A stretch of 64,000 nucleotides of DNA from Mobula hypostoma (taxonomy: Eukaryota): assembly GCF_963921235.1 (NCBI RefSeq), contig NC_086108.1:37078001-37142000 (forward strand), given 5' to 3'. The position numbers and the translations under genes were made by a program. The stretch's first letter is position 1. Every line of letters starts with the position of its first letter. Shown in pieces: positions 59,943 through 64,000 of this stretch. The notes beneath the pieces were generated by a model. The model was not told the DNA's origin, ran no database searches, and saw only the letters and a list, made by a program, of their open reading frames with translations.

Positions 59943-61349
59943 TACAATAGGGTGTGCTTGATTCCTCCATCACGCAGAGTTTGCAGTACATCACAAAAGG
60001 CACAACATTGAGACATCACCTCATTAGTATAATCCGGGAAGATCAAGACCTTGTTTCCCTTGTATCCATGGGTTGTAGCCTGCTGTGGCGCAGGATCAGC
60101 TCTTTCACTTGAAAGTGATGGATACGTGCCAAGATGGCTCACGGCTTAGCACCGGCAGCCGGCTCCGGCTGGAGAGAGCGATGTGCATGATCAACTTTAA
60201 CCAGGTACGAGAAATGTTTTCCCCAAGCAACTTGGGAATCAGTTTATAAACAAATTCAGCAGGTTTACCATCCTCCTCACCCTCTTGTATCCCTACAATC
60301 TTAATGTTATATCTCCGGGAATGAGCCTCTAAGTCATGCACTTTAGCTTCAAGCTGGCTATTTTGTCTCCTTAGCTCTGAATACTTAGATTCAAGCTCTT
60401 GCACGCGTGCTTCAAGGTTGCTAGTGGTTAGTTCTTGATTAGCCACACAGGCTTTTAAGTCAGCCTGTGAGGCCACAGGTGTCTGAAACTTGGTCGCAAA
60501 GACATCAAGGCGGTCGTTAATGCTGCGCAGAACTGACTCAGAAACCTCCTGACCTAATTCCTTGCACATGGCGTAAGTTGTATCTGGCGGTATCTCAGAT
60601 GCGGAAAAGTTCTTTACAGACCCATTGTTAACACTAACTCCAGTAGTTTGGCAGTCGGTGGTCTTGGCTTTATTTGTCTTCGGCATTGTCAAACTTTTTC
60701 AGACACTTAGTTTAGACATACACTGTTGGCCTATGAATGAATAAAACACGGTATAATAGTAATTTTATTGAGGCCTTGGAGAGGAGCACTGACCAAACAC
60801 GTCTAATCCATACACATGCGCACTGGCGTCCCCTCACGATAGGGTCTTTTAAGAGACTCCTGGATAGGTATGTTTCTATATTTCTAATTAATAAGTTAAA
60901 CTACTGAAAGCAAAAATTGACTTGTTTATAAAGAATATGCTGGTTTGGGGACACTCTCAGTCCAGTTTTCACTTTAACCAGGATAGAAAGTGCTGGAGAT
61001 AATTTCTGGATATCATATCAGACACAAATTTTGTGAGGCACTTCCATACAGTGTTACCACACAGCCCATAATCATTATTTCCATCATACCAGCATAAGTT
61101 AGAACCAAAACCTCTATATTATGAAAATGTCTATTACATTAGCTCTTATGATTGGCTACTCAAAGTGGGCCAGGAATTTCAGAGCAAGAAATAAAGACAC
61201 ACCTATCTGTGAGAGGTCTATTTCCATAGTCTTCAATAAAACCTACTTGGACCTCTTTGATGCACAATATATCTGTAGGCTCATGTTTCTTTAGTTTATC
61301 CTCACTGAGGTATGTGAGATGTTCCAAGAACTCAACAACTATCAACAAT

Positions 61350-61444
61350 TTGGGGTCCCATATCTCAGAAAGGATGTGTTGTCATTGGAGAGAGTCCAGA
61401 GGAGGTTCAGAAGGATGATTCTGGGAATGAATGGGATAACATAT
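61350..61444 (+). mobile_element. CR1 fragment, target of the adjacent insertion
   Basis: Near-identical to 8775-8865. Confidence 0.75.
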
Positions 61445-64000
61445 AGAAACATAGAAACATAGAAAATAGGTGCAGGAGTAGGCCATTCGGCGCTTCGAGC
61501 CTGCACCGCCATTTATTATGATCATGGCTGATCATCCAACTCAGAACCCAGCCTTCCCTCCATACCCCCTGACCCCTGTAGCCACAAGGGCCATATCTAA
61601 CTTCCTCTTAAACACAGCCAATGAACCGGCCTCAACAGTTTGCTGTGGCAGAGAATTCCACAGATTCACCACTCTCTGTGTGAAGAAGTTTTTCCTAATC
61701 TCGGTCCTAAAAGGCTTCCCCTCTATCCTCAAACTGTGACCCCTCGTTCTGGACCTCCCCAACATCGGGAACAATCTTCCCGCATCTAGCCTGTCCAATC
61801 CCTTTAGGATCTTATACGTTTCAATCAGATCCCCCCTCAATCTTCTAAATTCCAACGAGTACAAGCCCAGTTCATCCAGTCTTTCTTCATATGAAAGACC
61901 TGCCATCCCAGGAATCAATCTGGTGAACCTTCTTTGTACTCCCTCTATGGCAAAGATGTCTTTCCTCAGATTAGGGGACCAAAACTGCACACAATACTCC
62001 AGGTGTGGTCTCACCAAGGCCTTGTACAACTGCAGTAGTACCTCCCTGCTCCTGTACTCGAATCCTCTCGCTATAAATGCCAGCATACCGTTCGCCTTTT
62101 TCACCGCCTGCTGTACCTGCATGCCCACTTTCAATGACTGGTGTATAATGACACCCAGGTCTCGTTGCACCTCGCCTTTTCCTAATCGGCCACCATTCAG
62201 ATAATAATCTGTTTTCCTATTTTTGCCACCAAAGTGGATAACTTCACATTTATCCACATTAAATTGCATCTGCCATGAGTTTGCCCACTCACCCAACCTA
62301 TCCAAGTCACCCTGCATCCTCTTAGCATCCTCCTCACTGCTAACACTGCCACCCAGCTTCGTGTCATCCGCAAACTTGGAGATGCTGCATTTAATTCCCT
62401 CATCCAAGTCATTAATATATATTGTAAACAACTGGGGTCCCAGCACTGAGCCTTGCGGTACCCCACTAGTCACCGCCTGCCATTCTGAAAAGGTCCCGTT
62501 TATTCCCACTCTTTGCTTCCTGTCTGCTAACCAATTCTCCACCCACACCAATACCTTACCCCCAATACCGTGTGCTTTAAGTTTGCACACTAATCTCCTG
62601 TGTGGGACCTTGTCAAAAGCCTTTTGAAAATCCAAATATACCACATCCACTGGTTCTCCCCTATCCACTCTACTAGTTACATCTTCAAAAAATTCTATGA
62701 GATTCGTCAGACATGATTTTCCTTTCACAAATCCATGCTGACTTTGTCCGATCATTTCACCGCTTTCCAAATGTCCTGTTATCACATCCTTGATAACTGA
62801 CTCCAGCAGTTTCCCCACCACCGACGTTAGGCTAACCGGCCTATAATTCCCTGGTTTCTCTCTCCCTCCTTTTTTAAAAAGTGGGGTTACATTAGCCACC
62901 CTCCAATCCTCAGGAACTAGTCCAGAATCTAACGAGTTTTGAAAAATTATCACTAATGCATCCACTATTTCTTGGGCTACTTCCTTAAGTACTCTGGGAT
63001 GCAGACCATCTGGCCCTGGGGATTTATCTGCCTTCAATCCCTTCAATTTACCTAACACCACTTCCCTACTAACATGTATTTCACTCAGTTCCTCCATCTC
63101 ACTGGACCCTCTGTCCCTTACTATTTCTGGAAGATTATTTATGTCCTCCTTAGTGAAGACAGAACCAAAGTAATTATTCAATTGGTCTGCCATGTCCTTG
63201 CTCCCCATAATCAATTCACCTGTTTCTGTCTGCAGGGGACCTACATTTGTCTTTATCAGTCTTTTCCTTTTTACATATCTATAAAAGCTTTTACAGTCCG
63301 TTTTTATGTTCTCTGCCAGTTTTCTCTCATAATCTTTTTTCCCCTTCCTAATTAAGCCCTTTGTCCTCCTCTGCTGAACTCTGAATTTCTCCCAGTCCTC
63401 AGGTGAGCCACTTTCTCTGGCTAATTTGTATGCTACTTCTTTGGAATTGATACTATCCCTAATTTCTCTTGTCAGCCACGGGTGCACTACCTTCCTTGAT
63501 TTATTCTTTTGCCAAACTGGGATGAACAATTGTTGTAGTTCATCCATGCAACCTTTAAATGCCTGCCATTGCATATCCACCGTCAATCCTTTAAGTGTCA
63601 TTTGCCAGTCTATCTTAGCTAATTCACGACTCATACCTTCAAAGTTACCCCTCTTTAAGTTCAGAACCTTTGTTTCTGAATTAACTATGTCACTCTCCAT
63701 CTTAATGAAGAATTCCACCATATTATGGTCACTCTTACCCAAGGGGCCTCTCACGACAAGATCGCTAATTAACCCTTCCTCATTGCTCAAAACCCAGTCC
63801 AGAATAGCCTGCTCTCTAGTCGGTTCCTCGACATGTTGGTTCAAAAAACCATCCCACATACATTCCAAGAAATCCTCTTCCTCAGCACCTTTACCAATTT
63901 GGTTCACCCAGTCTACATGTAGATTGAAGTCACCCATTATAACTGCTGTTCCTTTATTGCACACATTTCTAATTTCCTGTTTAATACCATCTCCGACCTC
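61445..64000 (-). mobile_element. Young CR1 LINE (continues beyond the window)
   Basis: (TTTCTATG)n tail at 61445, 3' UTR and uninterrupted ORF2; inverted close copy of 46290-48861. Confidence 0.96.
61541..64000 (-). CDS. CR1 ORF2 endonuclease/reverse transcriptase, 5'-partial, open frame
   Basis: More than 800 codons with no stop: MGDFN, SDH, YRPVSLTS, LDFQKAFDKV, GVPQGSVLGP, FADD. The frame stays open to the window edge (EVGDGIKQEIRNV). Confidence 0.92.
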   Translation of the reverse strand, partial: EVGDGIKQEIRNVCNKGTAVIMGDFNLHVDWVNQIGKGAEEEDFLECMWDGFLNQHVEEPTREQAILDWVLSNEEGLISDLVVRGPLGKSDHNMVEFFIKMESDIVNSETKVLNLKRGNFEGMSRELAKIDWQMTLKGLTVDMQWQAFKGCMDELQQLFIPVWQKNKSRKVVHPWLTREIRDSINSKEVAYKLARESGSPEDWEKFRVQQRRTKGLIRKGKKDYERKLAENIKTDCKSFYRYVKRKRLIKTNVGPLQTETGELIMGSKDMADQLNNYFGSVFTKEDINNLPEIVRDRGSSEMEELSEIHVSREVVLGKLKGLKADKSPGPDGLHPRVLKEVAQEIVDALVIIFQNSLDSGLVPEDWRVANVTPLFKKGGREKPGNYRPVSLTSVVGKLLESVIKDVITGHLESGEMIGQSQHGFVKGKSCLTNLIEFFEDVTSRVDRGEPVDVVYLDFQKAFDKVPHRRLVCKLKAHGIGGKVLVWVENWLADRKQRVGINGTFSEWQAVTSGVPQGSVLGPQLFTIYINDLDEGIKCSISKFADDTKLGGSVSSEEDAKRMQGDLDRLGEWANSWQMQFNVDKCEVIHFGGKNRKTDYYLNGGRLGKGEVQRDLGVIIHQSLKVGMQVQQAVKKANGMLAFIARGFEYRSREVLLQLYKALVRPHLEYCVQFWSPNLRKDIFAIEGVQRRFTRLIPGMAGLSYEERLDELGLYSLEFRRLRGDLIETYKILKGLDRLDAGRLFPMLGRSRTRGHSLRIEGKPFRTEIRKNFFTQRVVNLWNSLPQQTVEAGSLAVFKRKLDMALVATGVRGYGGKAGF

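Larger units (their letters stand above)
53505..60835 (-). mobile_element. Full-length L1-clade LINE (ORF1 + ORF2), decayed
   Basis: ORF1 DLEAHSRRYNIKIVGIQEG; EN IVSWNVKGL..FLQETH; RT LSLDAQKAFD and LYADDV; C-terminal CDRC..HTFWFC; poly(A); 15-bp TSD acgata(a/g)ggtctttt at a TTTT/AA site. Confidence 0.95.
50450..60886 (+). mobile_element. CR1 LINE acting as host of a nested cluster (segments 50450-51366, 51777-52369, 53189-53504, 60836-60886)
   Basis: RT ORFs 50887.., 51770.. and 53183.. join across the insertions; same subfamily as 4872-6205. Confidence 0.92.

Noticed and set aside
59708..60142. 144-aa ORF as a novel protein
   Set aside because: Chimera of frameshifted L1 ORF1 and the Tigger terminus.
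1..64000. Prokaryotic operon, retron or defence system suggested by the many RT ORFs
   Set aside because: All RTs are eukaryotic retroelement types with TSDs and tails; coding density and organisation are those of vertebrate non-coding DNA.

Overview
This is eukaryotic, AT-rich, intergenic or deep-intronic DNA, not prokaryotic sequence. The repeat inventory (CR1/HER1-like LINEs, an HE1-like V-SINE, Penelope-derived tails) suggests a cartilaginous fish, probably a ray; this is inference. More than half the window is transposable elements: several CR1 LINEs (one with an uninterrupted ORF2 running off the right edge), Rex1/Babar-type, RTE, L1 and Hero-type (RLE) LINEs, Penelope-like elements, a decayed chromodomain Gypsy provirus, two solo LTRs, Tigger/pogo-like DNA elements and tRNA-derived SINEs, often nested with visible TSDs. 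I found no intact host gene, and most short ORFs in the track are antisense or off-frame shadows of TEs. The most notable observations are: minimal hammerhead ribozymes in Penelope tails; a Hero element with ~300-bp terminal direct repeats; a tRNA-Glu-like Pol III module inside a solo LTR; an RPS28-like segment that looks like a symmetric exon; a bipartite tRNA/RTE SINE; and a six-element nested TE stack. All family calls come from motif recognition by eye. No searches were run, and boundaries without TSDs are approximate.
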